This document shows positions 34,110 through 44,026 of a stretch of DNA of 64,000 nt, piece after piece. Position 1 is the first letter of the stretch; the number at the start of each line of letters is the position of its first letter. The stretch spans positions 32,001 through 96,000 of the IMG/VR virus record IMGVR_UViG_3300036939_000082, one strand, 5' to 3'. Position numbers and translations under genes: made by a program. The notes under the pieces were generated by a model. That model had not been told where the DNA came from, made no database searches, and saw only the letters and a list, made by a program, of their open reading frames with translations. Source of the stretch: a virus.

Positions 34110-34943
34110 TTACCAATCCGTCGGCAAGCCAGTCGATCGCCCGCCAACGGCAACTGCGATTCGTCCCCACCCGCTGTCACCCCAAATAGCTTCTAAAGAC
34201 GCTTGGCTGTAGACATCGTATTTCCCGCTGTCACCGCCGATCACCGCGTAGTAATCGGCGGTGCCGGCCCTAGAACCGTAGGGGTCGTGAACGTAGAATA
34301 CTCGTTTGGCGCGATCGTACCCAACCAGCAAAATCATGTGACCGCTGATTTTGTAAGTGACTCCCAGCACCACGGGATAGCCGTTTTCAAGAGAGTGAAT
34401 CGCTTCTGGAACGTCTAGGGTGTAACTGAAATAGCTGTCAATCCCTATATCTCGTAGAACTTTTGTCTGGGCTCCGTGGTCGATAGTGTCACCGTATTTG
34501 TTTAAAATTTTACCGTAGTAGTCTTCCGGCTCCTGTAAACCGTCATTCTCAGCTCTTTGGGAAAGAGTTTTTTGACCGAATTTCTCTAACAGGTATTCGG
34601 CAAACATCGCGCAGGCTGTCAGGTTGCACTGGCGCGTTCCGGGTCCGAAATAGCCGCTGTAGTTATCGACTTGGCTAAAATATTTGACATCCAATCGAGT
34701 GGTAGCTTCTGGTAGCTGCCAGTGCGGAGAGTAAATGTAGCCCTTTTTAATTAAAGTGCCGTCGATCGCCTCAATACCGTCAGCAAGCACTATTTGATAA
34801 TGCTGATCTCGAACGGGAGTAAGATCCGAGTAATTGAATAAAGTTTGACCGAGGGCGATCGAAGCTTTGTCTGAAGGTAGCAGGCTCGCTGCATCTTGCA
34901 TTTTAGCTTTTAAGACGGTAGCTTTAAGCGCTTGAATTGTCAT
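34110..34943 (-). CDS. C39-like peptidase (putative cell-wall hydrolase / lysin)
   Basis: YFSQVDN...QCNLTACAM...GHMILLVGYD...YVHDPYG Cys-His-Asp triad. Confidence 0.85.
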   Translation of the reverse strand: MTIQALKATVLKAKMQDAASLLPSDKASIALGQTLFNYSDLTPVRDQHYQIVLADGIEAIDGTLIKKGYIYSPHWQLPEATTRLDVKYFSQVDNYSGYFGPGTRQCNLTACAMFAEYLLEKFGQKTLSQRAENDGLQEPEDYYGKILNKYGDTIDHGAQTKVLRDIGIDSYFSYTLDVPEAIHSLENGYPVVLGVTYKISGHMILLVGYDRAKRVFYVHDPYGSRAGTADYYAVIGGDSGKYDVYSQASLEAIWGDSGWGRIAVAVGGRSTGLPTDW

Positions 34944-35189
34944 GGTTTTGGGTAAATTTTACAAAAAAACTGGTAAACATCAGGTTCCCAGTTAAGGTTG
35001 GATATTTGTGTTTTTTGGGGCGATCGCTCAAATATTGTTGGAACAATTCGTGCTAGAGTGTACGAGTAAACTAAGCCCTTGACAAAGGCTTGGGATATAT
35101 CAACAGACTTGAAGCTCCCAACCCATCTGGGAGCTTTTTGTTTTTGACCTAGCGCGATCTCGCCCTCAACTTCGCAAAAATGCGACTTT

Positions 35190-35693
35190 TTACGCCAAAC
35201 TCTGAACCCACTTGATAGACGCTTCGATCGCGCGATCGCTCAAAATTCTCACCACGTCCGACCACTGCAAAATCTCAACTTGTTTTAGTTCTTGAGCTTT
35301 TTTGAGAGTGATAGCGGAAATTGCGCTGTTGATTTCAACAGGTTCGGCGGTCATGAAAAAATTAATCAAGCGAACGCTTTCAATCGGAACGCCGGGTTCA
35401 GCGGTCGAAGGAATAAAAGGTTCTAGCGGCGGTATCAACTGCAAGTTTGAATTTTGGTCGATATATACCTGGCGATCGACTGCTGCTACTTCTACTGGTT
35501 CCGGCTCTGGCTGCTTTTCCGGTTCCACCAACTTGCAATACCCGCTAGCGACCAGCCAATTTGCTACGGACTGATAGTTCGTAGTCAAGCGCCCCCCCAG
35601 TCCGGGTCGAGTTACAATCCCGTGACCCGGAACAACTAATATTGGGGGGCGCGATCGCCATTTATTTGTAACAACAAGAGAAATACTTAACAT
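35190..35693 (-). CDS. Head-module hypothetical protein
   Basis: 167-aa ORF directly after the capsid genes. Confidence 0.65.
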   Translation of the reverse strand: MLSISLVVTNKWRSRPPILVVPGHGIVTRPGLGGRLTTNYQSVANWLVASGYCKLVEPEKQPEPEPVEVAAVDRQVYIDQNSNLQLIPPLEPFIPSTAEPGVPIESVRLINFFMTAEPVEINSAISAITLKKAQELKQVEILQWSDVVRILSDRAIEASIKWVQSLA

Positions 35694-35695
35694 TT

Positions 35696-36181
35696 TTAAC
35701 CCTCAAACCTAGAACCGCGAGGAGCCCTTACGTCGAGCCTGAAAATTCCTTGATCGGTGAAATCTTTCATGTCAACGATATAGTACGAAATGATGTCTGC
35801 TTCTGCCTCTGCTCTATCTTGCAAATAGACGGTAGGAACTATTTCTACATACCCAAATGAAGTAGAAATAGCTGGTACTTTAACGCCGGGAATTATCTCT
35901 TTTACGTGATGAAACAATTGCAGCTTTTTGAGTTGTGCAGTAATCAATCGAACACCAGCTCCGCTACAAAAAATATGTGTCGGTTTGATCGGCAATTTTG
36001 GTCGATACGCCGATCTTGTACAGATTTCGTCAATCTTGTCACAAATTACATCGGGATTATCGCTAGTGATGTCTGCTTCAAAAAGGTTACTAGCAGGTAT
36101 TTCAGCTACCATTCCGTTCAAAACAATCCGACATTCTACGACATCTAAGCTTTTTAGTAATTTGTCGTGGTTTTTGTTCAT
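35696..36181 (-). CDS. Truncated, internally deleted paralogue of the major capsid protein
   Basis: Aligns with the MCP from NGMVA to IVDM, lacks ~46 aa, ends in an identical GIFRLDVRAPRGSRFEG. Confidence 0.85.
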   Translation of the reverse strand: MNKNHDKLLKSLDVVECRIVLNGMVAEIPASNLFEADITSDNPDVICDKIDEICTRSAYRPKLPIKPTHIFCSGAGVRLITAQLKKLQLFHHVKEIIPGVKVPAISTSFGYVEIVPTVYLQDRAEAEADIISYYIVDMKDFTDQGIFRLDVRAPRGSRFEG

Positions 36182-36225
36182 AATCTTGTCCCGTTAAAGC
36201 CTCTTTCCTATCGTGATTGGCATTG

Positions 36226-37281
36226 TCAGCCCTCAAACCTAGAACCGCGAGGGGCTCTTACGTCGAGCCTAAAAATTCCCCGACCTTCGTCCATAGCTTT
36301 TGGAGTTCCGTAAAGAATAATCATTCTTTCTCGCAGGGTTGGCAAACCGTTCACTACGTGACTCAAGTCAAAAATCTGAGGTTCAAATTTTCTTTCGCCG
36401 CCGTATGGGTAAACGCCGAACCACGCAAAATTGTTCATATCGACGATATAGTACGAAATAATATCTGCATCTGGCTCAGCTTTGTCTTGCAAATAAACGG
36501 TAGGAACTATTTCTACTTCTCCAAACGAAGTAGAAATAGCTGGCACTCTAACGCCCGGAGTTATCTCTTTAACGTTGTGATACAGTTGCAACTGTTTAAT
36601 CTCTTTGGTAATCAATCGATTACCGGCTCCGCTACAAAAAATGTGTGTCGGATAGTGTTCGATCAGCGAATTTGGTCGATACGCCGACATCTGGCAAATA
36701 AGATCGATTTTGTCGTGAATTGCATCTGGATCGTCAGTGGTTATATCTGCCGTGAAAACGTTAGTTTCCGGCATTTGAGCTACCATTCCGTTGAAAGCAA
36801 GCGGGTTAACTCTTGCGTCTCCGGTAAATAAAGATCGTTCTAAAAAACGCATTGCCGACAAAATTAAATTGTCGGTATCTGTTGACATTTGATCGCCAAA
36901 AGCGTTTTTTTGCTGGTGGGCCATGCTCAGAGCAAAGTGTTCGCAGTGAATGCGCCCGACAATTGCTTTAACTTCTTGTCCGGGACCGTAGCCGAGGGAA
37001 ACTGGAGGTTGAGTGACAACGGCTTCTAAGTTTCCTCTAGGGGCAAACGCGACTGTCGGCAGCGAGGAACTAATCATTTCTTGGATGATCGGTGATGCTG
37101 CCGGAAGTTTTGTTTTAATTTTATTCCAAAACTTTGTAACTTTGACTCGGTAATCTCCAATAACAGGCAAATAATCTTGGCGGACTGCCAATCCACCAAG
37201 ATTGCTAGCTGCCGCTTGAATTGTGGAATTGTAGACTCCAAGAGGATTCTCAAAAGTGATTTCGCTTACGTGATTAGGCAT
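36226..37281 (-). CDS. Major capsid protein (HK97 fold inferred)
   Basis: 351 aa, follows portal and protease; LFTGD..VNPLAFNGM motif typical of MCPs. Confidence 0.85.
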   Translation of the reverse strand: MPNHVSEITFENPLGVYNSTIQAAASNLGGLAVRQDYLPVIGDYRVKVTKFWNKIKTKLPAASPIIQEMISSSLPTVAFAPRGNLEAVVTQPPVSLGYGPGQEVKAIVGRIHCEHFALSMAHQQKNAFGDQMSTDTDNLILSAMRFLERSLFTGDARVNPLAFNGMVAQMPETNVFTADITTDDPDAIHDKIDLICQMSAYRPNSLIEHYPTHIFCSGAGNRLITKEIKQLQLYHNVKEITPGVRVPAISTSFGEVEIVPTVYLQDKAEPDADIISYYIVDMNNFAWFGVYPYGGERKFEPQIFDLSHVVNGLPTLRERMIILYGTPKAMDEGRGIFRLDVRAPRGSRFEG

Positions 37282-37366
37282 TTAGTTAAACTCAATACGA
37301 AAAGAATAAAAAGCCGAGAAAATGATGGTTTCCCGGCTGAGGTTGTATTTGCGGTGTTTTGCGGTA

Positions 37367-38992
37367 TTAGTTCGCAGATAATTGTTTCAATTGGTGGACT
37401 TCATCTACAAGTGCATTTCGCTGAGGACCGATGATTTGTTCTCTTTCCATAACTGCTAGTTCTCCCATCGCCATCATCAACCGATCGCGCACCGCGTTTG
37501 GCTGTTGGCTTTCCTGTCCGGAAGCTTCGACTCCCACTATCGGCTGAGTGAACCTCGGGGGCGATCGGCGAGGATTGATTGTGCTAAGAATATCGTCTTT
37601 TAGTGGAGCAACTTGAGCTTGCACTTGGGCTTGTACCGCAGCGCCAATAGCTGCAATTAGCTGCTTTTGTTCTTCTTCTTTTTGAGCCGCCAAAGTTTGC
37701 GATTGAGCTGCGACGATAGATCTTTCCCGCTCTGCTTGAATGGTTTGCAGCATTTGTTCCTGAGAATTGACTGTTTCTGTCAGTTGCGCAATCCTAGCCG
37801 CTGCAAGTTCAGCTTCTTTGGCGCTAGCTGCCCTAATTTCTGCTAAGGTTGTTTGGAGTTCTCCGATCGCCCGTTCTAATTCCATATTTTCTTGTACTCC
37901 TTCTGTTAATTGGTTTTCTGTTGCAGATGCTGCGATTTCATCCATTGAAATTCGCGTCTTTTGATACGTTGCTCTATTCTTGAGCAAAATATTTGCGCCT
38001 AAAATTTCTAGGTTGGATAACTGAAAAACTTTTGAGTCATTCATCGGGACAATATTTCCAGATGCCTTTCCGTTTAGAGACATCCCTAAATTGTCTTGAT
38101 TGAGTACAATTGCTTTTACAGTATCTTTTTTGTTCCAATCGAACAAGTGTCCTTTGACAATAAAGTCTGAACCCTCTATTTCTGCTGAAGACATAATTCC
38201 AACGATTTTTTCATTAGCGTGTTTTAAAAAAGAATCGTCGGCATCAAGAGGCAGTCCGGGCGTGGAATTGACAAATTCCATTGCTTTTTCTGCCACGTCC
38301 CTAGGAATAAGCAAAGGATACGCAGAACCTTTTGACGGTGCCGTTTCCGAAGGTTCGTCAATCCTAAACAGCACTCCTTTTAAGGGCGTAGTGTTTGCGT
38401 TTGGATTGGAAGCTTCTAAAGTTTCTAGAGATTCAGCATCTACTTCGATCGCCCCTTCAAGAACTAGGGGTTCTTCAAGACCAAAAAGCAAATCTACATC
38501 CACTAACTCCGATGCAGAGTCTACTAGCTCAGAAGCAGATAGTTCGTTAGAGTTTTCGGCTTTAGCGCAATAAAGACCGCCGTGCATCATTCCAAAATCT
38601 TCTGGAATCGGATCGAGAGCGGAAGCTTCCAGCAATATTTCTTCCAAAGTGTCCTTAAAGTCGGAAACAATTGCAGGTACTCGATCTGCTGCATCGCGGG
38701 GATTCCGAAAAAGTCCAGAACACATAAATTCGAGATGGCTGAGCAACTGACGAAAATTGCTAAAGACAATTTCTCTTTTGTACCGTTCCCGAAGAGTCAT
38801 AGCTGCACCCGCTTCCAAGGTGTTTTCACCCTCAAAAACGTCTGGAACCCCTTCAAAAAGATTGCTTAAATCCGATGTAGAAATCGTGCCTGCGTCTATA
38901 AGCGTTTTCCCTAGATCTACAAACGCCTTTTTTAGGCGATCGCCGTTTAACTGAGATATTTGTTTTCCGACTGCGGTTAGTTCATGGTGCAT
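37367..38992 (-). CDS. Prohead protease / scaffold fusion
   Basis: Central KH..IVG...FIVKGHL...GMSL protease-like core; C-terminal coiled-coil scaffold; position between portal and MCP. Confidence 0.72.
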   Translation of the reverse strand: MHHELTAVGKQISQLNGDRLKKAFVDLGKTLIDAGTISTSDLSNLFEGVPDVFEGENTLEAGAAMTLRERYKREIVFSNFRQLLSHLEFMCSGLFRNPRDAADRVPAIVSDFKDTLEEILLEASALDPIPEDFGMMHGGLYCAKAENSNELSASELVDSASELVDVDLLFGLEEPLVLEGAIEVDAESLETLEASNPNANTTPLKGVLFRIDEPSETAPSKGSAYPLLIPRDVAEKAMEFVNSTPGLPLDADDSFLKHANEKIVGIMSSAEIEGSDFIVKGHLFDWNKKDTVKAIVLNQDNLGMSLNGKASGNIVPMNDSKVFQLSNLEILGANILLKNRATYQKTRISMDEIAASATENQLTEGVQENMELERAIGELQTTLAEIRAASAKEAELAAARIAQLTETVNSQEQMLQTIQAERERSIVAAQSQTLAAQKEEEQKQLIAAIGAAVQAQVQAQVAPLKDDILSTINPRRSPPRFTQPIVGVEASGQESQQPNAVRDRLMMAMGELAVMEREQIIGPQRNALVDEVHQLKQLSAN

Positions 38993-39063
38993 TTTGGGTT
39001 TAAAAACAAATAGCCGAGAAACTACTGTGATAGTGGTTCCCCGGCGAAGGTGCGTGTGTCGTT

Positions 39064-40479
39064 TTAGAATAATTTTAATTGTACTCCATTAGTTTCGTCT
39101 ATGGAAGACCTCTTGGGTTTTCGTTGAGATTTGCGTCGAGTTCTGCCTTGAGCTTGCGGTGGACTTATGGGAAGTTCCATTGGTAATGTCGGAGGTTCCG
39201 CTGCAATTGCAGGAGGTTCTCCGGTCGCCCCCGGTTTTCCTTCAAAAAATTTATCCCCACCTTCTTCGCTTAAAGGTTTTTCACCGACGCGCCTTCTACT
39301 TTCGTCTTTCGTAATAATTCCGTTAGTGTACAGAGTGCTTGCTGTGTCAGCTTCCTCGCTTTCTTTTCTCGGTTCCGTGTCAGTCAGCGTCAAGGTGTAC
39401 CCAGGAGCATAAAAGTCGATTACTTTGATGTTTAAATTTTCAATTACGCAGGTGGCGATCGGCAAGATTGCATCTTGAAACGTCAAGTCCGCTGCAGGTC
39501 CCATCGTCGATCGGTTGTCGTGGGGGTCAATTCCGTAATCGCGTTTCGACAGTCCAAACTCGATCGCGATCAACCCAGCCAGATAGTCGGAAAATTTCAA
39601 AAACAGCTCTTCGTCGTTTTTGGCTCCAAATTTTATGACATCTACTTTGCCTGCTAAGATTGGAACCTCTCCAGATCCTACAACGTGAACCTTCCAATAG
39701 TCTCGAAACGGTTGCAATTCGTCGTGAGTGGCATTTTCAACTGTGATCATGTAATCCCGTACCGGATTGTTCACTATCCGACTTTGATAGTTATCGAGAT
39801 CTAGCCATGTAGTTAAGCGTTCGTAGGCGCAAGCTACCGGAGATGGCGGAAACAATTCGTTACTCGCAGATCGGTTTTGAATTAAGAAAAGATTTTTGCT
39901 GAGAATCGGTATCCAGTTATTGTCGTCTAAATAATGATAAGAACTTCTGTCTTGGTTTTGGCAGTACCAAAACTTGGGGTCTATACCTTCCCTAGACGCA
40001 TCCCAATTTTTATCTAGGTGAACTTTTTCCGGTGGAACCGCCCACAGCCAAAAGGGTTGAAATCCTTCGGTTCCCGGTTGCCTTTCTACCGCTGCAACGC
40101 CCATAACTAAGATATCCCGGATTATTGCTTTGACGAAACTGCTGTACAAGTCGTGTTCCGCATTGTTCGGTTGGCTCAGCGCCTTAGTTAATTCGAGCGT
40201 TTTTTTTCGAGCGCCTTCGTCATCGCTCAGTTCTTCTGGCGGGGCGATCGTCCACGGCATCGCCACAACAGCATTCGAGATCCGCTCGATCGCCCGCGAA
40301 AACAAAGTCTTTTTGGAAATCGATCTCAATTTTTGGGGACTCACCGGATCGCAGTTGAGCGATTTATTAAAGTGACCCACTGGATTGAAATACTCCGAGG
40401 CACTATATAATGAGGCAATGGCGCGTTGCTGATACTGAAAATCTGGAACGGGCGATCGGGTTAAGCTGTTTGGAACCAT
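39064..40479 (-). CDS. Portal protein
   Basis: RAIERISNAVVAMPW, D.LV.G.A.VE, IAIEFGLSKRDYG, IITKDESRRRVG. Confidence 0.88.
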   Translation of the reverse strand: MVPNSLTRSPVPDFQYQQRAIASLYSASEYFNPVGHFNKSLNCDPVSPQKLRSISKKTLFSRAIERISNAVVAMPWTIAPPEELSDDEGARKKTLELTKALSQPNNAEHDLYSSFVKAIIRDILVMGVAAVERQPGTEGFQPFWLWAVPPEKVHLDKNWDASREGIDPKFWYCQNQDRSSYHYLDDNNWIPILSKNLFLIQNRSASNELFPPSPVACAYERLTTWLDLDNYQSRIVNNPVRDYMITVENATHDELQPFRDYWKVHVVGSGEVPILAGKVDVIKFGAKNDEELFLKFSDYLAGLIAIEFGLSKRDYGIDPHDNRSTMGPAADLTFQDAILPIATCVIENLNIKVIDFYAPGYTLTLTDTEPRKESEEADTASTLYTNGIITKDESRRRVGEKPLSEEGGDKFFEGKPGATGEPPAIAAEPPTLPMELPISPPQAQGRTRRKSQRKPKRSSIDETNGVQLKLF

Positions 40480-40923
40480 ATCAAAAAAAAATACCGCAAT
40501 CTGTAGGGACTCCGGCTAGGAAAAATATTTAATTTTATGACTCTTGATTCGATCGCCCGCAGAGCGTCGCCCGCAGTTATTTACGGTCGCGATATTCCGA
40601 GGAAATCAAATAAAATGAGTATCTACAACGATACCCTGATTCCTTACTTTTTGCTCGAAAATTCGGGGGAGCCTCGGAACTTCCGGGAATTCTTGATCCA
40701 GAACGAGGTTGGTTCTGTATTTGAAGAGATGTATCCGGGGATGGAAGTCAAGGTTCAGCGGGGGGGTGATCGGGGGGGTGAGTTCCTGCGTCACCCGGAA
40801 GCTTGATTTTTTTTACAAAATTGTAGGTTTTTCCAAGACAATTGTTGGTTCTATACAAAATCGCGTTGTTTCTTGCAAGCAATAATATACAATAAAATCA
40901 TCAACTGTCGTTACGGGTAAAGT

Positions 40924-41295
40924 ATGGCTTCAAAATCGATTAACCAAACTACTTCAATTTTGGGATTTTTTGGATTTATAGCTTTGTTGTTGGCGATCGC
41001 GTTTGTACTTTGGTTTATCCCTAATTACAATGTGTACAGCTCCGAGCAAGACGGAAGGGCAGCGCTAGCCCGTGCAGAATACTCAAAAAAAGCACAAGTG
41101 CAAGATGCAATGGCTAAACTGGAGTCTGCAAAGTATATTGCGGAATCAGCAAAATTAATTGAGTCGTCGCTAACTCCAGGATACTTGCAATACTTGCGGA
41201 TTCAAATGCAAGAGCAAGTAGGAGAACGCAATCCCAGTGCAGTGTATTTTTTCGACGGAAATAGCAGCGATCGAATAGTTGTTCCCGCAAAATAA
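40924..41295 (+). CDS. Small membrane protein with coiled coil (phage membrane-protease-subunit-like)
   Basis: One TM helix then P.YNVY...G.A.LA.AE...; terminator at 41313-41362. Confidence 0.55.
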   Translation: MASKSINQTTSILGFFGFIALLLAIAFVLWFIPNYNVYSSEQDGRAALARAEYSKKAQVQDAMAKLESAKYIAESAKLIESSLTPGYLQYLRIQMQEQVGERNPSAVYFFDGNSSDRIVVPAK

Positions 41296-41370
41296 TTGCA
41301 ATTTGTTTACCCAAAAGAGAAGGGGCGATCGAATTACTATTCGATCGCCCCTTTCTCTTTTTGTATTAAT

Positions 41371-41706
41371 CTAGCAGATCTCTGCTAATACTTGCGACTT
41401 GAGTGTTTTTCCGTCAATAGGTCTTTCCCACCCAATATGCTTGTATTGTAAAGTGTGCAGAACACTTTCAAGCATAGTACACACGGACTTATATTCTTTA
41501 GCGTTGTTGTAGTACAACTTCAAGATACTTTTGTCTTGACCTCCTAAAGCGAGATTAACGCCATACTTAACAGTGTACCCAGGCATTGAAAATGCTTTTG
41601 ACATTTGTTCAAAAACTTCTTCGCTTATTCCATCTCGGAAAGCGCATTCAAGTAAACAACATGGCTCGTTTATTTCTACCACAACTTCATTGTTTGTGTT
41701 TTGCAT
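41371..41706 (-). CDS. Hypothetical cassette protein
   Basis: Start MQNTNNE behind TGTGTTATAAT...ACACACAAAACA leader. Confidence 0.65.
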   Translation of the reverse strand: MQNTNNEVVVEINEPCCLLECAFRDGISEEVFEQMSKAFSMPGYTVKYGVNLALGGQDKSILKLYYNNAKEYKSVCTMLESVLHTLQYKHIGWERPIDGKTLKSQVLAEIC

Positions 41707-41822
41707 TGTTTTGTGTGTATTATATACAATACGTTTATTATAACACACACAAAGAAGAATATAAACACAAAGCGCACAAATTTTTCGTTATTTTGACGCG
41801 AATCGATCGCCCGCCACACAAA

Positions 41823-42173
41823 TCAATCAAAAGTAGGCAAGCCGTCAGTTGGTACAGGCATATCGATAATCTTGATCGTGACAACCGACGGAGAGCCTAC
41901 GGTATTTGGTTCTGTCGCTAACAGTTGCAGAGTGAAAAATTCATCTCCTTCTACAAGGTAATCTTTTTTTGCAAATACTCGGACTACTTTGTGAGTTTCG
42001 TCAACAGCAAAAGAAAGAATTTGATTTATTGGAACGTAGTCTGTTTCTTTAGCACTCCTATTGCTGGTCGCAACTCGAACAGATGCAGGTCGAGAACTGT
42101 CGTGTCGAACTACGGGAACCTCGATCGACTCGCCTTCTCTGACTGAATAATTTACCTGGCGAAAAAAGAACAT
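41823..42173 (-). CDS. Stand-alone Calx-beta domain protein
   Basis: FRQVNYSVREG..VPVVR...SA.E.DY......F...E..K...D...EGDE.F.L.L. Confidence 0.82.
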   Translation of the reverse strand: MFFFRQVNYSVREGESIEVPVVRHDSSRPASVRVATSNRSAKETDYVPINQILSFAVDETHKVVRVFAKKDYLVEGDEFFTLQLLATEPNTVGSPSVVTIKIIDMPVPTDGLPTFD

Positions 42174-42187
42174 TTAATTTTTTATCC

Positions 42188-42613
42188 TTAAGATAGAAAC
42201 AATCTTCGTTCCAAAACTCTTCGTCGAGTCAAACCCGGGACTTTTTGTTTACCGACTTTATCCCATCGCAACAATTGGTCGGCAGCTCCTTGATAATCCC
42301 CATCATTTAGCATTTTAAGCAAAGTAGATTCAAAAAATGCCCCAAAACCAACATTAAAAATAAAAGATACTAAAGCAGAATATTGATTTGCATTTAATTC
42401 CACCGTCACTAACGAGTCAACTGCGGATTGTGCGTCTTGCAAGTCTTCTAAAAGTAATTTTTCTGCTTCTAATTCCGTAATGACAGACCCTTCTACTGCG
42501 TTGCGAGTATGTCCGTAACCAATTGTCCAAATACCTGCAGAACAAAGATAAGCATTCAAGTGCAAGCCTTCAAAAGACTTAATTAGCTTTAGACCCGCAT
42601 CGTTGATTTTCAT
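42188..42613 (-). CDS. Phage lysozyme (GH24 endolysin)
   Basis: GLKLIKSFEG...AYLCSAGIWTIGYGHT...GLTRRR..ER.LF. Confidence 0.95.
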   Translation of the reverse strand: MKINDAGLKLIKSFEGLHLNAYLCSAGIWTIGYGHTRNAVEGSVITELEAEKLLLEDLQDAQSAVDSLVTVELNANQYSALVSFIFNVGFGAFFESTLLKMLNDGDYQGAADQLLRWDKVGKQKVPGLTRRRVLERRLFLS

Positions 42614-42879
42614 AAAATACCTAAAATTTCAAAAGTAAATTCATTAAGCAACGGCGGTCTGCCAAAATGCAAAATCAATTCTTTACCTCGCAACAAACAA
42701 TCTGGTTCAACTACCTCGTCAAGACAGGTAAGCAATCTCCACGAAACAATAATTGCAAATGGCAAAATAAATTTAAATTTAGTTTTAACTCCATCGCCAA
42801 TTTTGACACATATTTTTTGCACTTTGTCAGGCGACTGTTCTGGAAGTGGCTTGAATGGAATAATTGTAATTTCTTCCAT
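42610..42879 (-). CDS. Hypothetical protein
   Basis: ORF between fibre and lysozyme genes, overlapping the lysozyme start. Confidence 0.55.
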   Translation of the reverse strand: MEEITIIPFKPLPEQSPDKVQKICVKIGDGVKTKFKFILPFAIIVSWRLLTCLDEVVEPDCLLRGKELILHFGRPPLLNEFTFEILGIL

Positions 42880-42996
42880 GATTGTTTTTGATAAATACAC
42901 AAATAGCCTCACCGAGCGCGGGTGCAAAGTGAGGCTATTTTCAAACGTTAGTTGAAATCCACGACCAAATTCTAGTCGGAGATTCTATGAAGAAAT

Positions 42997-43995
42997 TTAG
43001 CCCAAAAAAGGTTTTCTCATTCCCATGATTGACACTTCATAAGATCCTGCTGGCGGTGCCGCGCCGTCGAATTTGACGGTAACGCTGTTAAGGGCGTATT
43101 TTACGCCAACTTTCATTTCTTCGTTGTCGGAAAGCCGCATCACTTTCACAAATACCGTTTTTGTATTGTTCCACCCGTGAGTCACCAAAAATTCGGTGTC
43201 GGTACCGTTACCGATCGTCACGGACAATTCCTCCGGAATACCAAAAGCAGCTTTTGCCCCGGCAACAGAGTTAGCGCCCGTACCGCCTCTCTCGATCGCC
43301 ACACCCTGACCGTTCCACTGAGCTTCGGGGTTGGAGATATTCCCAACTGTCGTAATAGAGGTTTGACCTGGGTAGGTAGCGGCGATATCAATACCGGGAC
43401 CGGAAACGCTAACGCGATCGGCTGTACCGATCAGCGAAAGTACGTGGGCTGCGTCTAAGTCTAAACCGCCGCCAGCGACGGTAGTTTCATACGGCGAACG
43501 CGATCGAATGAACGTCAGATCGCTTGTATCCAGCACGATCGGATCGCGGGTTGTTAGCAACCACAAAGTGCGGTTGTCGAGGTCACCGCCAACAACAGGA
43601 ACAGCCATACCCGATGTAACTTCAGCGTCGGCGTCAGCGTCAGCAGCCCGCACCCAGGAACCTGCGGCAGCTACGTACAAGCCGTTTTCAGTTCTATCTG
43701 TTTGAGCTGTAAGCAGTACGCGATCGCCCGCAGCTAGCGCCGTTTCTTGAAGAGTCAGCAGTCCGCCCGCTGCGATATCGACGTTTTCAGTAGCAGCAAT
43801 TATGCAAGCGTCTTTAATGTCGAGGTTGTTTACCGCTGCTGCAAGCTGCGCTTCAAGAGCTGCAATTTGTCCGTTGAGATCTATTACAACATTGCTGACG
43901 CGATCGTTGCGGCAGGCTGAAGAGCCGTCAACAATAGAAGGATCGAGATTGGTAATTGTCAGGCCTTCGGCGTAGATCTTGCTACCTAATCGCAT
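42997..43995 (-). CDS. Fibre / decoration structural protein A
   Basis: KDAC..A.T.N...AGDRVLL.AQT...ENGLYV...W.RA.DAD domain; GGTGA motif; C-terminal VTHG..N domain. Confidence 0.75.
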   Translation of the reverse strand: MRLGSKIYAEGLTITNLDPSIVDGSSACRNDRVSNVVIDLNGQIAALEAQLAAAVNNLDIKDACIIAATENVDIAAGGLLTLQETALAAGDRVLLTAQTDRTENGLYVAAAGSWVRAADADADAEVTSGMAVPVVGGDLDNRTLWLLTTRDPIVLDTSDLTFIRSRSPYETTVAGGGLDLDAAHVLSLIGTADRVSVSGPGIDIAATYPGQTSITTVGNISNPEAQWNGQGVAIERGGTGANSVAGAKAAFGIPEELSVTIGNGTDTEFLVTHGWNNTKTVFVKVMRLSDNEEMKVGVKYALNSVTVKFDGAAPPAGSYEVSIMGMRKPFLG

Positions 43996-44026
43996 TTAGT
44001 TGCTCCTTGTAAGTGAATAATTGTGG

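Noticed and set aside
40480-40810. ORFs 40537-40806 and 40606-40794, or a cos/pac site
   Set aside because: Overlapping, atypical ORFs with no motif; G-runs alone do not support a packaging site and terminase is not in view.
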